Origin: a virus
Taxonomy: Duplodnaviria > Caudoviricetes
Length of the DNA: 61,280 nt
Strand: one strand, 5' to 3'
Virus record (IMG/VR): IMGVR_UViG_3300034121_000204
Span: 1 to 61,280 of that record
The notes under the pieces were generated by a model. That model ran no database searches. It was not told the DNA's origin and worked only from the letters and a program-made list of their open reading frames with translations. Made by a program: the position numbers and the translations under genes. Position 1 is the stretch's first letter. Each line of letters starts with the position of its first letter. This document shows positions 20,101 through 29,200 of this stretch, piece by piece.

Positions 20101-22748
20101 GTTTCTGGCTTCTCGGTTTCCCCGATTGGCCCTTCTCCTTCCCTGATTTCAGGTTGTCCTTGTTCAGTTCCCTGATATTGAACGCCACCGCCTTCTGCTG
20201 CGACTTCTTCGACTGGTTTTGTGCTTTCTTTAACGGCATTTTCTGATATTGTTTTTAGTTCATTATTAATCTCGTTAACCCTATTTGAAATTGGAGTAAC
20301 AAGAGCAGGATCTTTTCCTTCCATCTGCTTACGCAAATTTTCTCTCTCATTTATTAATTTAAATGATGTGTATTTATCATCGCTATTTAAATTATCAGGT
20401 ATTTGTCTTAGAATTCCTTCCGATTCTTTTAGTGAATTTAATTCTGCTTGACCTTGATCTTTTGTAATTTCACCAGATAAAATTCTGTCTTTTATATTAA
20501 GAACAAATAATTCTTTAACGTCTTTACTATTTATTGCATTCTCAATATTCTGTAGTTGATACTTATCAAGCTGTTGTTTAGCTGTTAAAGTTGCTTGAGT
20601 TAATGACTGCATACCAGCACCACCTAATAAACCAAGCATACCTGCTTTATTAGCCCTTTGAAAAACCTCACCCCAAGTTTTAGGATTCTCAAAATATTTT
20701 TTACCCTTAGCTTGATTTAGTAATTCTTTAGCTCCTATCTCTGTTAATTCTTGAGCTGCCTCGGTTGAATACTCAATTAAACCAGCCCCAGAAATTTTTA
20801 ATACTTTATTTGCAATAAGCCCCTTTAATTGTTTTTCTACAGAATTTTCAATCATTTCAGCCGTAGCATTTTCTGGCAATTCTTTTAGTGATTTAGAAAA
20901 AATATAATTAACTACTTTACTATTTACAGGTGATTTACTAAACGCTTTAGTTAAACCATATTTCTCAAGTAAAGATGTAACAGCACCAACTGAACCAGCT
21001 AATAATATTTTTTGATATTCAGGAACATCTTTAAACTCTGGGCTATTCATTTGGTCTCTAAAATTAGTATATGAAGCACCAAATAAACCCATAGTAGCAC
21101 CAACAGGTGAACCAGTCATAGCACCAGCTAAAGCAGATCCACCAGAATTTGCTAAACCAAAAACAACTTGTTCAAAAGCATTTCTATTTTCTGATGACAA
21201 ATATTCCTCACTGAACGACTCAGGTGCAAATTGAGATGTCAACACGCCCTTTGCTGATCCTCTTGCATATTCACCTCCTTCAATAACTGCTCTTGCAGCT
21301 TGCTCCATACCTTGAACAAAAGAGAATGCAGTTCCAGACAAAATGTTACCTCTTTCTGATTCAACGACAAAAGCATTTCCAGCTATATTCTTTATATCTG
21401 ATTGCTCATTTGATATGTTTCTATAGTCATTCTTTAACAACTTTACATTGTTATCAATGTCATATTTGCGTTGATTTATTTTTGGAAGATAGTTAGTATT
21501 GTAATCTTCTTCTGTAATTAATCCCTTTTTAAATGATTCATTAACTGTTTTTTCATATTCATTAAGCTCAGATACCTCTTTTTTAATATCTTCTTTCTTT
21601 AAAATAGTCTTAGTAATGTTGTCATTTATTCTCTCTATCTCATATTTATCGAAAGCAGCAGCTGATCTATATTTGTCTTTGGACATATAGTCTAACTTCT
21701 TTTCTCTTTCTTTATCTAATTGAGGAAGTAATTCGTCTAATTCTTTTTGCAAGAAAACTACATTATATGGATTTGTTTTCTTCTCTACCTCTATACGATC
21801 TCTTAAATCATTTATTTGTTTTTGTTTTCTTATATATTCGTCATTAGCGATATTTACTTCTAAAAATCCTTTAAGTAATTTTGATTCTTCATTATCTCTA
21901 TCAGTTGTCCAGTTGTCAAGATTTATGAACTTACTTTCTCCAGTAATACTATTTTTAATTTCAATACCATCGTATCCATATCCAGCAGGGCCAACTTGTA
22001 AATAATCGTATTTCTTTAATTTGCCTTGTAATTTAGATACAACATCATCTTCATTTGATCCAATTAAATCTGAATCTATTGATGATAGAACATCATTTAA
22101 GTCGTTTTCTTTTTGAACAGCATTAACATCTTTTTCGTATCTTCCACTTTTAACGTATTCAATATATTTCTGATCATATTCCTTCTTTTGAGTTTCATCA
22201 GCTATATTAAATAATTTACCATCAACTATTCCTGGAGTAAATGCTTTTTCTTCAGGTGCTTTTTTAGCTAATTCCGCTTGTCTTTTTTTCTCTTCCTTTT
22301 GTAATTTATCAGCTGTTAAATTATAAGTCTCTTTTACTTTCTTTTGATCTTGTAAATCATAAGATATTTCAACTGGATTACCTTTTAAGTCAGCTATTTT
22401 AGTAGCATTTTTATTAAGGTAGTCATATCTTTCTTTTAAATCTCCAGACTTTAACTCTTTATAATCACCTGATCCTGTAATATCTTTATACCATTTGCCA
22501 GCAGATCTTTTATAGTTTTCGTTATTCCAAGGATTTACATAAATACCGTCATCTTGTGATGAAGATTCCGAACGCTGTTTTCGAGCCGTTTCTTGCGTAA
22601 CCAATAAAGCACGACCATCCTTTTCCGTTGATTGTGAAACCTCTTTTTTTTTTACTTTGTTGATTCCATCATCAGCAACAATAACAGGCTTGATAGATCT
22701 ATTGATTCCATCGTCAGCTACAATAACAGGTTTAATTTCGTTTGGCAT
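14118..22748 (-). CDS. giant virion/ejection polyvalent protein (2876 aa) with ART-like and zincin-like domains
   Basis: VYHGG...LFVS...AEEY...IIVFNP (ART-PolyVal-like); VYGF...VFLNP...AIHEFAHVW...EEALA (HExxH zincin); last gene of the podovirus ejection-protein block. Confidence 0.8.
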   Translation of the reverse strand: MPNEIKPVIVADDGINRSIKPVIVADDGINKVKKKEVSQSTEKDGRALLVTQETARKQRSESSSQDDGIYVNPWNNENYKRSAGKWYKDITGSGDYKELKSGDLKERYDYLNKNATKIADLKGNPVEISYDLQDQKKVKETYNLTADKLQKEEKKRQAELAKKAPEEKAFTPGIVDGKLFNIADETQKKEYDQKYIEYVKSGRYEKDVNAVQKENDLNDVLSSIDSDLIGSNEDDVVSKLQGKLKKYDYLQVGPAGYGYDGIEIKNSITGESKFINLDNWTTDRDNEESKLLKGFLEVNIANDEYIRKQKQINDLRDRIEVEKKTNPYNVVFLQKELDELLPQLDKEREKKLDYMSKDKYRSAAAFDKYEIERINDNITKTILKKEDIKKEVSELNEYEKTVNESFKKGLITEEDYNTNYLPKINQRKYDIDNNVKLLKNDYRNISNEQSDIKNIAGNAFVVESERGNILSGTAFSFVQGMEQAARAVIEGGEYARGSAKGVLTSQFAPESFSEEYLSSENRNAFEQVVFGLANSGGSALAGAMTGSPVGATMGLFGASYTNFRDQMNSPEFKDVPEYQKILLAGSVGAVTSLLEKYGLTKAFSKSPVNSKVVNYIFSKSLKELPENATAEMIENSVEKQLKGLIANKVLKISGAGLIEYSTEAAQELTEIGAKELLNQAKGKKYFENPKTWGEVFQRANKAGMLGLLGGAGMQSLTQATLTAKQQLDKYQLQNIENAINSKDVKELFVLNIKDRILSGEITKDQGQAELNSLKESEGILRQIPDNLNSDDKYTSFKLINERENLRKQMEGKDPALVTPISNRVNEINNELKTISENAVKESTKPVEEVAAEGGGVQYQGTEQGQPEIREGEGPIGETEKPETDLGNRPIEGRGVQEEVNKLRGLFGGQPKFQKGKQTIKVYHGGNVSDLTNVNKETPLFVSEDKGQAEEYTKENEGVVSEFDIDENIIAEEEQAFDVINKLGLKSKEEGWDVNDLNLFELLDPRFETSLSDEDINKVYDELENQGFGAIRFTDTNLKTQKQDIQNIIVFNPNLATQAPEVDSVVEEMNAMSEDIANFDVPSNLTTKSKVNIGSLVKRFGDKLKAAFKGGIIKDISDYNGIPMIFTISDQLTSGNVKNEFTGNTIDVNGGIGFNLTEGNENSAWANTDKKEAEGMLSRAQEVYSKNKDLFDRLWSEGKLPQGQVPMAIVKMGQDSIQTNEALFRFASDTIKKKFNKAERVNSLNGLIEDISAVNPDSKVISFIKENNYKTIDELLDNMNNLKPIGERANVTRFLFTGGIQLNKETKPGKPRSKSALALVGNKDASYYKYIHLQTINNAIQDESTKEIPSNHIIGITGVDVLNPGITNPKHRNYPYGVKGGLIGILESPVHAADIFPEMYGKSFYLNKEDKAGKLPSPNKAIDQAVAASGPIAGIKAFRGAKISTKMTELQKLLGKLRLAFPSVTVVETQEEFNKALENPEVKKFVKDGEIVYGFTKDGKVFLNPEKANSNTAIHEFAHVWMGFLKENNPKLLDKGYNLLEGTEVLKRKIAELGDVELAREEALAELIANKGETLIEAGKKSKFKNWLNAVFSYVKSKFKAFDKLTPEQFQNINLNEFIDGSLASLLGGKEITSKEIKNIDVLFSKGRPKKAVDILVIARDNGISDAAIKQYLNEEGFSEEEIKDAFKAQVKAPSVAKVLGKPKAKKVTVNEYTALKDQIRMEARAARDAKADLNIKRKMLSDAISNMVKLGKIKTPQAGVLIKRISYLNLDNPVMVERFTNYAERVFQRADYQDRLSKAFALRKSIRKDLKTDNQAEVVGMAKEFTKIDPSLVEDIDAYMEIAEKVKNAVKPSRRKDEEYVMKQAANIADISEFSKNEIDRQEQIKIDELIATYEDIEGLSKDMSFNEIQKIINSLKENPDETVDKESKAKEFLVSRMNGMKSTLETMFKTGVDPMTGEEIIFEDSQKDLMKRVLKIDLNEMSTRESIKIVEGVDNFITNQITSGLEAAASSYEGALNVKSLVNRGKVARALRLFGIKTIGKVYSDQLYSLPNLMEKMFGGVSNSMDIMRKMGLLNVINGVNKAIRQHNQIIDKYSKQLFAKGKDFMDAKNVYERGMLAELKRNIIGTESETQAEFQNRVKILKESIDLLIEDGNSKEKKMGELYKEVYDKLNVDSMDMDVINANASKNNLEAVDWWINEWSKYKPELFDVSLSVYNTMLTSDLSYTPRSIKNLSSKDTGLDESLTNQNGSFNVSINNVDKNKSGVLMETTRTRPTNGYISLDFDTNNSKALKSALTDINTASAIRQVDGFLSSKEFKKLVPESDDRTILERRISTYIKRAKGKNVVPRDTIEYLNKFVNYVTSLGVGKALAGVNQTLMQTTPVLVNTFMNAGRLDFVNADFNAWLDETGMPISNRGFESQSTIDSIDRQLEAKGQTTDQVFKKIADINQWWLKQLLVKPDVWVARSSFKSYYLQNLNRRGINTDIDWKNHKMDKEAAEYAQIMVDRQQNISDPMLAGEFLASENPYVQMTRKIFLPFASFIINQKARMYNDLITVSSGTATNEDKAIAWRSLRGLGAELATYQLLGYGIKLLYDQIAAWLLGDEDDEETKKKKIINATKNPIKSVLNDIISPLPMLDDIVTMGLNLGLGQYPWMDDKEIKDAVNSRNKVLELKGEDPMDDKAKADYIEKIKKEATYQLYISDDNDRKYGMIGIAGDTYKELGEISKLYATGEFIDDYQGRETPKKLLEADRKDVGLAVFPTLLYSTGLLPKDVGAISRDYIKRIKKKAVTEKQYDRYETVQKDLGRNLKSWEIDMVKAKKESETAIDEIKFIERNGGLTERQGREYLKLMKAIGEPTVSDLTKIKNGQTADQILK
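20051..20239 (-). CDS. nested (+1 frame) small basic protein, MPLKK...QILAIALSKAG type
   Basis: Resembles stand-alone phage basic proteins of the MPLKKG...NIRE...QAVAIAL type; A-rich leader before its ATG. Confidence 0.65.
   Translation of the reverse strand: MPLKKAQNQSKKSQQKAVAFNIRELNKDNLKSGKEKGQSGKPRSQKQILAIALSKAGVSKKK
22660..22736 (-). repeat. 42-nt-period tandem duplication encoding IKPVIVADDGIN twice
   Basis: Protein starts MPNEIKPVIVADDGINRSIKPVIVADDGINK; the two DNA copies differ at synonymous positions. Confidence 0.85.
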
Positions 22749-22760
22749 ATTTTAAATTTA

Positions 22761-24254
22761 TTATTTATAACCTAATGCTTTAATTACCTCAGCTCTTGTT
22801 GCGCCTGGGTTTTTTTCTAAAGTTGCTTTTATGTTGGCCTCTTGAGCTGATGAGTATGTTTGTAATCCACCTACTCCTTGCTTACCTTCTTTTACCCATT
22901 TGTCTGGATTGTATCCAAAGTAATCAGATAAGTATTTAGGATTTGTAATTGGTGTTGAATTTATCTTTTCTAATTCTCCTTTAGAATTTTTTTTGTAAAC
23001 ATTCAATCCACCATCTTCCCATTTAAAAGAGTATTTCCCTCCAGATGCTTGACTCATTATTCTTTGTGATTCAGCAGCTCCTAAAGACTCAACATTATCC
23101 CATGCGCTATATACTTGCCCTGGTATTCCTGAAGTTACTTTCTCTTCTTTTTCTTTAGAGCCACCGCCACCGCCACCGCGATATGGTTCGTCCATTTCAA
23201 CTTTTCTACCAAGCCTTGCGTCAATAGCATCTAATGCTGTTTGTTTAGCTTGTTTGATTTGATTCTCAGTTAAATTCGGTTGATAAACTCCTTGATCATC
23301 TTGAGATAACAAAATGAATTTATTTTGTTGAGATTCAATGAATTTATTTAAAGCGTCACCACTTAATGCTGGTTTACCTAGTTGTTTATTAAGTTCATTT
23401 TCTTTAGCTATTCTATCTTGAATTTTATTCCTTAAATTTTCTCCACTATAATAAAAATCATAGTCACCATCAGTATTATCAACTAAAACACTAGTCATAG
23501 CTCTTGGATTACTTAAAATTCCATCAGCTAAATTAAGTCTAGCTCTTTGAATAGCAGGATTTTGTAATGCATCTGTAATAGTAGTAGCACCAGATTCAAT
23601 TGTCCATTCTTCCCATCCTTCTGTACCTTCATCAACTATTTTTGATAGGTTAACTCTGTTGTCAGTTATATTACCTGGCTTACCTAATGACCTAGTGTCT
23701 ATAATGCTTGTTGGATCAAACAATCCATTTTGATCTAGTTGACCAATAACAAAATTACCATTATTAGGATCTACCTGTGTTTTTTTGTTTCTTAAATCAC
23801 CAAGCTGAGATATTCTTTCATTTAATTCTAACTCTAATCCAGAACCAGGAATAAATCCATTCTCGTCAGCATTTTGTCTTTTTAATGCTTCTTGCATTTG
23901 TTGATCATAAGTTTTTGCAGTGTTAGCAAATGTAGACCAACTATCCATTAAGTTATTTATTCTATTTCGATATTCAACTGGACTTATTTCTCCAGCCTTC
24001 AATTGTCGATTCCATTGCATCATTGCATCACGACCATCATTAGATCCAGACAAAATCAATTGATTGAAATTTTGACTTTTACCTAGCTCTGCGTTTTGTA
24101 ATATCTTTGAGTTATCTGACTGAAGTTTATCAAGAGCTAATTTTTCAGCTTCTCTTTCAGCACCAATTCCTTGAACAGTTTTAACTAATCCACTTGTAAG
24201 TTTTCCCCAATCTAGTGGAGCAACTGCTTGGTATCCTATATATTCGTTTGCCAT
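22761..24254 (-). CDS. internal virion/ejection protein
   Basis: Helical Q/N-rich protein between the pilot-like and giant genes; probable start MANEY (track gives 24281). Confidence 0.65.
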   Translation of the reverse strand: MANEYIGYQAVAPLDWGKLTSGLVKTVQGIGAEREAEKLALDKLQSDNSKILQNAELGKSQNFNQLILSGSNDGRDAMMQWNRQLKAGEISPVEYRNRINNLMDSWSTFANTAKTYDQQMQEALKRQNADENGFIPGSGLELELNERISQLGDLRNKKTQVDPNNGNFVIGQLDQNGLFDPTSIIDTRSLGKPGNITDNRVNLSKIVDEGTEGWEEWTIESGATTITDALQNPAIQRARLNLADGILSNPRAMTSVLVDNTDGDYDFYYSGENLRNKIQDRIAKENELNKQLGKPALSGDALNKFIESQQNKFILLSQDDQGVYQPNLTENQIKQAKQTALDAIDARLGRKVEMDEPYRGGGGGGSKEKEEKVTSGIPGQVYSAWDNVESLGAAESQRIMSQASGGKYSFKWEDGGLNVYKKNSKGELEKINSTPITNPKYLSDYFGYNPDKWVKEGKQGVGGLQTYSSAQEANIKATLEKNPGATRAEVIKALGYK

Positions 24255-24267
24255 TTTATTTATAATA

Positions 24268-24870
24268 TTAAGCCATGCCACCTAATGCGCCAGATCCTAT
24301 AGCTCCTAGATTTTTAGATTTCTTATACATAGGAATTAACTCAGCACCACTAGTTAAAGCTCCACCAACTGAACTGAACATTCCTTCAATAGCAGCGTTC
24401 TTTCTTTCCTCAGCTGCTGCTCTAGCTTCTTGAGCACCTTGCACTTCCCATAAACCTCCTTTAAAATCACGCTCTTGTTTTCTAGCTTGAATTCCTTGCT
24501 CTGCCTCAGCTTGAGCCATATCTCTTTGTGCTTGTGCTTGTTGTGCTTGAGCAGCTAACTGTAAGTTTTGCTCACCAGTTGCTTGTAATACATTACCAAC
24601 TCCACCAATAACTCCTTCAGCTCCAGCACCTTGTAATGACTGCACTGCTTGTGTTGCTGCTTGAGCTTGAGATTGTTGAGCTAACTCAAATCCCAAAGTT
24701 GGAACTTGAACTTGTTTAAATGCGTTAAATTCTTTAATGTTTTTCAACTCACCTGCTGCCTTTTGTGCCGCCTGTGATGCTTGCTTCATATCTTTATTGG
24801 CTTTAATTGCTTGAGCCGCACTCAACCCTAAACCACCTAAAGCTACTATCGTACCTGTTACTGCTGCCAT
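24268..24870 (-). CDS. internal virion (pilot/ejection) protein, Ala/Gln/Gly-rich
   Basis: MAAVTGTIVALGGLGLSAAQA N-terminus and coiled-coil body; position equivalent to T7 gp14. Confidence 0.7.
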   Translation of the reverse strand: MAAVTGTIVALGGLGLSAAQAIKANKDMKQASQAAQKAAGELKNIKEFNAFKQVQVPTLGFELAQQSQAQAATQAVQSLQGAGAEGVIGGVGNVLQATGEQNLQLAAQAQQAQAQRDMAQAEAEQGIQARKQERDFKGGLWEVQGAQEARAAAEERKNAAIEGMFSSVGGALTSGAELIPMYKKSKNLGAIGSGALGGMA

Positions 24871-24871
24871 G

Positions 24872-25267
24872 TTATAATATTTTAACCATTTCTTGACAAT
24901 TTCGATCTCCCTTCTGAAAACCACAATTGGCATATATATCAATCAAACTTTTGCTCTTTAGTGATGCATAAATATATTTAGAATTTTCTTTAGCTAATTC
25001 AATTAATACATTCACAAGAAATTCAAGAGCTTCTCGTCTGTCATTCTCTCTATAATGGAAGTCTGAAACTATAAATTCAATCCAAGCTGTTTTTGAGTTA
25101 GTAAAGTAAATAAATCCAGCGCATATATCAACACCATCTTTAGATACCATTACTCCTCCTTTGCCATCGTCAGGCAACATATCAGCTGGGGGAGGTGTCC
25201 ATCTCCAATCTTTCCACCATGATGATAATGTATCATAATCACCATCGTTTAAAAATCGAACTTCCAT
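24872..25267 (-). CDS. GNAT-fold acetyltransferase-like virion assembly protein
   Basis: ICAGFIY...AWIEFIVSD...LIDIYANCGF; position equivalent to T7 gp13; likely start MEVRF. Confidence 0.7.
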   Translation of the reverse strand: MEVRFLNDGDYDTLSSWWKDWRWTPPPADMLPDDGKGGVMVSKDGVDICAGFIYFTNSKTAWIEFIVSDFHYRENDRREALEFLVNVLIELAKENSKYIYASLKSKSLIDIYANCGFQKGDRNCQEMVKIL

Positions 25268-25275
25268 ACACAAAT

Positions 25276-26292
25276 TTACAGAAAACTTTTGAATACTGAA
25301 GTGCCTACTGCAAACAATTTGACTTGCTCGATAGAATCGTTATATAAATAAACATTCATGTAGTAACCCCTAGCTCCAAACGACTCAGCTTGGCTATTTT
25401 TAACACAAATTAAGAAATCAGTAAGTAATGGAGTACTACCAACTACTGTGTTGACAGTAATTGAGTTTGCCGATAAGTTAGTTATTGTTCCAACTAGAAC
25501 TAAATTACCACCAAAATTCTTATATAAACTATCTCCAATGCTTATACTTGAGTCAATATTAAATGAGAATGTAAGCAACACAGCTGATGGATTTGCAATA
25601 TTCCTAGTAGTAGGCAAACCAACACCTTGAGTGGATAGTGCCTTTACGTCAATTGTATCGTCAAATCTTCTGATGTAAGCGTACCATTGGTTCTCTTTCT
25701 CAACGAAATACGTGTAGTCAATTGAACCAGCACTTATGTTTGTATACACATCAGCAGTCCAAGGATGCGAACTGTTTAATGACAAAGTGTTAAACACCTT
25801 TACAGTTAATGGATCGTTGTTGAAAATAGTTCTTACGCTAGATTGGTATGGTTGGCCATAAAAGTTATTTCTTGTTGTATTGACATTGTGTCTCCACAGC
25901 TCTCCATCCTTGAATGTATAAAAAATACTATTCATCTCAGTCATCCAGTCTGGCTGGTAAGACCAAAATGAACTCCATCCCTCAGCTACTTTTGAGTAGG
26001 TTACTGTCCTTCTAGGAGTGCATTCCTCAGCACTAAATCCTGAGAAGTATGTTGCATCGCTATCATTAGTAAATTCAGCAGTTGGACACTCTAAATCTTC
26101 AGCTAACACCCACAGCTTTATTTCATCAGCTGAAAGAATCCACTTTGTACCATCCCAATAAATTGAAAAAGTAGTTCCATCATAAATAAATTCATAATAG
26201 TTCTTTTCATTTACAAGTCCTGTAGATACAACTTCTATTGATACAGGCTCTTCACCTATTGGAATGTAATTTATTTTTATACAGTCACACAT
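25276..26292 (-). CDS. tail nozzle/stabilization protein, C-terminal part
   Basis: TVTYSKVAEGWSSFWSY, FYTFKDGELWRHN, FVEKENQWYAYI, ARGYYM resemble the C-terminus of crAss-type muzzle proteins. Confidence 0.65.
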   Translation of the reverse strand: MCDCIKINYIPIGEEPVSIEVVSTGLVNEKNYYEFIYDGTTFSIYWDGTKWILSADEIKLWVLAEDLECPTAEFTNDSDATYFSGFSAEECTPRRTVTYSKVAEGWSSFWSYQPDWMTEMNSIFYTFKDGELWRHNVNTTRNNFYGQPYQSSVRTIFNNDPLTVKVFNTLSLNSSHPWTADVYTNISAGSIDYTYFVEKENQWYAYIRRFDDTIDVKALSTQGVGLPTTRNIANPSAVLLTFSFNIDSSISIGDSLYKNFGGNLVLVGTITNLSANSITVNTVVGSTPLLTDFLICVKNSQAESFGARGYYMNVYLYNDSIEQVKLFAVGTSVFKSFL

Positions 26293-26294
26293 AA

Positions 26295-29200
26295 TTAAAA
26301 ACTTTGATTACTGAATGATAATACATACGTGTTGTTATATGGATCATACATACCTAACTTTTGAGTATTTGGGTTATCCTTCATCTCATCTCTAAAGTAG
26401 TTCTGCATGCCATTTGCTGATATTTCAATAACTTGATCTCCAGACATCTGTAGTACAGCACCTCTTCTTGAATCAGTAAAGAACATCACGTTTGAATATA
26501 TCGCAAAGCTCTCTGGATTGTTGCTAATACCATACTCTGATGGGTGAACAATCTGATTACCAAGTACTTCAGGAACAGACGCTACTTGACCACCTCCAAC
26601 AGCATCAACTAACAAGTTCTTTCCATAAAGAACTGACGTTATTTTGTCCTGCTGTAATACCATTAGGTTGGTATCCATAGCGTACAACTTCTGTATAGGT
26701 CCGTACTTAATATCTAAATTCTTGAAGTTCGCTTGAGATAAATTAAAAGAGTTAAGTCTGTTGGTTGATGTGTCACCTTTATAGATACCACTATAACAAA
26801 GAGCAGCGAATTTATTTTGCTGTTGATAGTCCTCAATAACACTTGTTGCTCTTGGACTGTACTTCATTGTAGGTCTCAAGAAGTTGTCATATATTCTGTA
26901 TGACTCAACACCATTACCAAATGCAAAGGCATTGAAGTCTGAATTATGTGACGTTACATTATTAAGTTCAACTATTAAAGGAGTAACACCATTTTGATCT
27001 TGTTCCCAGTCTTGGTAGAACACACTACCTGTTGCAGAACCAGAAGGCAATGTTGGTAAATCGATTACAATAGCATATTCATTTATAACCCAAAGTATAT
27101 CATAATAAGCACTAGGAGGGCCAAATGCTGCTAAAGGATCATCATTTTTAACATATACTCTTTCGCCAGCATTGAATGAATGCTTCATATCGTTGGCTGT
27201 ATCACCAAATGGTGTAGATGGCCCTAATACTGTTTTATTTAAGTAAGCGGTTGGTACAGATCCTACTGGCCATGCACCACCATAAGTATAGTCATTCCAT
27301 CTCCATGATACCTTATGATTACCACTTTCTATTCGATATGTATTACGCATCTCATAGAATATATCAAGATCTGATGCCAATGGAACTGTTTCAGCTGTTA
27401 ACTGAACTGTTGGAGTTTGAGATATTGTTAACTGAGTTGATATTTCATTTCTACTACATCCATCATTAACACCAACTCCTCTTATAAGCATACATAATAA
27501 TCCTGTATTTACATTTGAATCTTCAGCTATATAATTAGTAGAATAAGCACCTAAAGTATTTTCAACTCCACTTGAATTTGATCTTCTAAATGATACATTT
27601 ACAGCAGATGTAACTAAGGTATCAGATTGATTTTTATATTTAAATGTTTTATAAGCTCCAGATTTCCAAAACCATTCTTCTAAATTTCTGTAATAGTTAT
27701 CACTTGTCCAACTATTATTTTGTGATCTAATTGGATCAGAACTTAATGGTGCTCTATCTCTTAATATATTTATATTTATAGTTGCTCCTTGATATATTGG
27801 ACCATTATATAATAATATTGAATGACCTCCATAATCAGCAGGATCTAAACCATCCATTGTATCATCTGAATTGGTTGGAATACCACCCTTTTGAGAAATA
27901 GTTAATCCTGAATATCCATTTATAACAGTTTTTAATAAATCTCCATTTATTAAGTTTGCTCTTACATTAAATACATATATATCTCCAGGCATATAAGTAT
28001 CTTGAGCAAAAGTCAATATTATTGGGCCTTCTGGGCTTGATATAGTAGAAGTAAATGGAGATGATGTAGGTATTAGTATTTCAGCACTTAATCCAATGTT
28101 TATATCTGGATTATACGTATATTTAAAATGAGTTGGTGTTGCATTTGGATCTCCTGCTACTGGCATAATTATAATAGAAAATCTTTCATCTTTATCTCTA
28201 GTAGCAATACCTGAAGCTGCATTAATATCAGGAGCACCATTTTGAAATGGATATATTAACGTGTTATCTCCATTACTAGCGTAATATGCTTTTTCAAATT
28301 GAACCAATGAGGATCTTAATGTTACAGGGCTTTTAGTTTCTGGATCACCCAAACAACCACTATCTCTTGGACCTCTTCCGTTGTTGGAAGATGATATATT
28401 CTGAGCAATAGGACCATTTAAAAAAGTATCACTTAAATCAGCTTTAATTTTGAAATACAATCCTTCAATAACAAATGGAGAACTAGCTTGTTTGTACTCA
28501 AGCTCAAGTATTTTAAATTGTTTATTTGAATGAGTTGCTACACCATTTGATGTCTTGAATATAATATATCCACCAACAGTAATCTTATCTCTATCTGACT
28601 CATTTATTAAAAAATACCTAAATACGCCATCAACAACAAAAGTATATGGAAATATATTATAGTAGTCACCTTGAGACTGCTTAATTGCAAACCTATAGTT
28701 AGTGGCCCACACAGGTGGCTCGTTAGTAAGATTTACTCTTATTGAGTTAGCTGTGTCAGAATTTATAGGGGGTATATATAGTGTATTTGACTTACTTGTT
28801 AAAGCAGTTGTCATTCTTCCATAATCATCAGTATATATAATACCAATCTCATAATCACGATCACTTCTAAATGTTTTTTTAGGAAGTGTAGTTATAGCCT
28901 CATTTTCTAGCGATAATGTATAAGAAGGTACAATTTTATCACCATCTCCATTGACAATATCTCTAAACTGAACATAGTTACCATAGATTAACCTATTGCC
29001 AATTATCTCTTGAGCTTTTGCGCTTAATGGAACATTATCGAATAGTCTTGTTACCTCGCTAGACTCAATAGGCGTGTATATCTTATTTGCACTAAAATCT
29101 ATAGTATATACAGAATTATTAGCAATTGATAAATCAGCTTTATCGTAGTTCTCTACAATATATACATTAAGTGCATTCGTGTCATAATAAAGTACTTGTA

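Noticed and set aside
15742-21496. Numerous + strand ORFs of 60-100 aa antisense to the giant gene (and similar ones opposite portal, terL and groEL)
   Set aside because: Ser/Leu/Phe/Ile-rich shadows of the coding strand with no motifs or start context.
14118-22748. Virion RNA polymerase in the giant ORF
   Set aside because: No DxDxD-type catalytic motif in a polymerase-like context recognised; the visible motifs fit polyvalent proteins instead.
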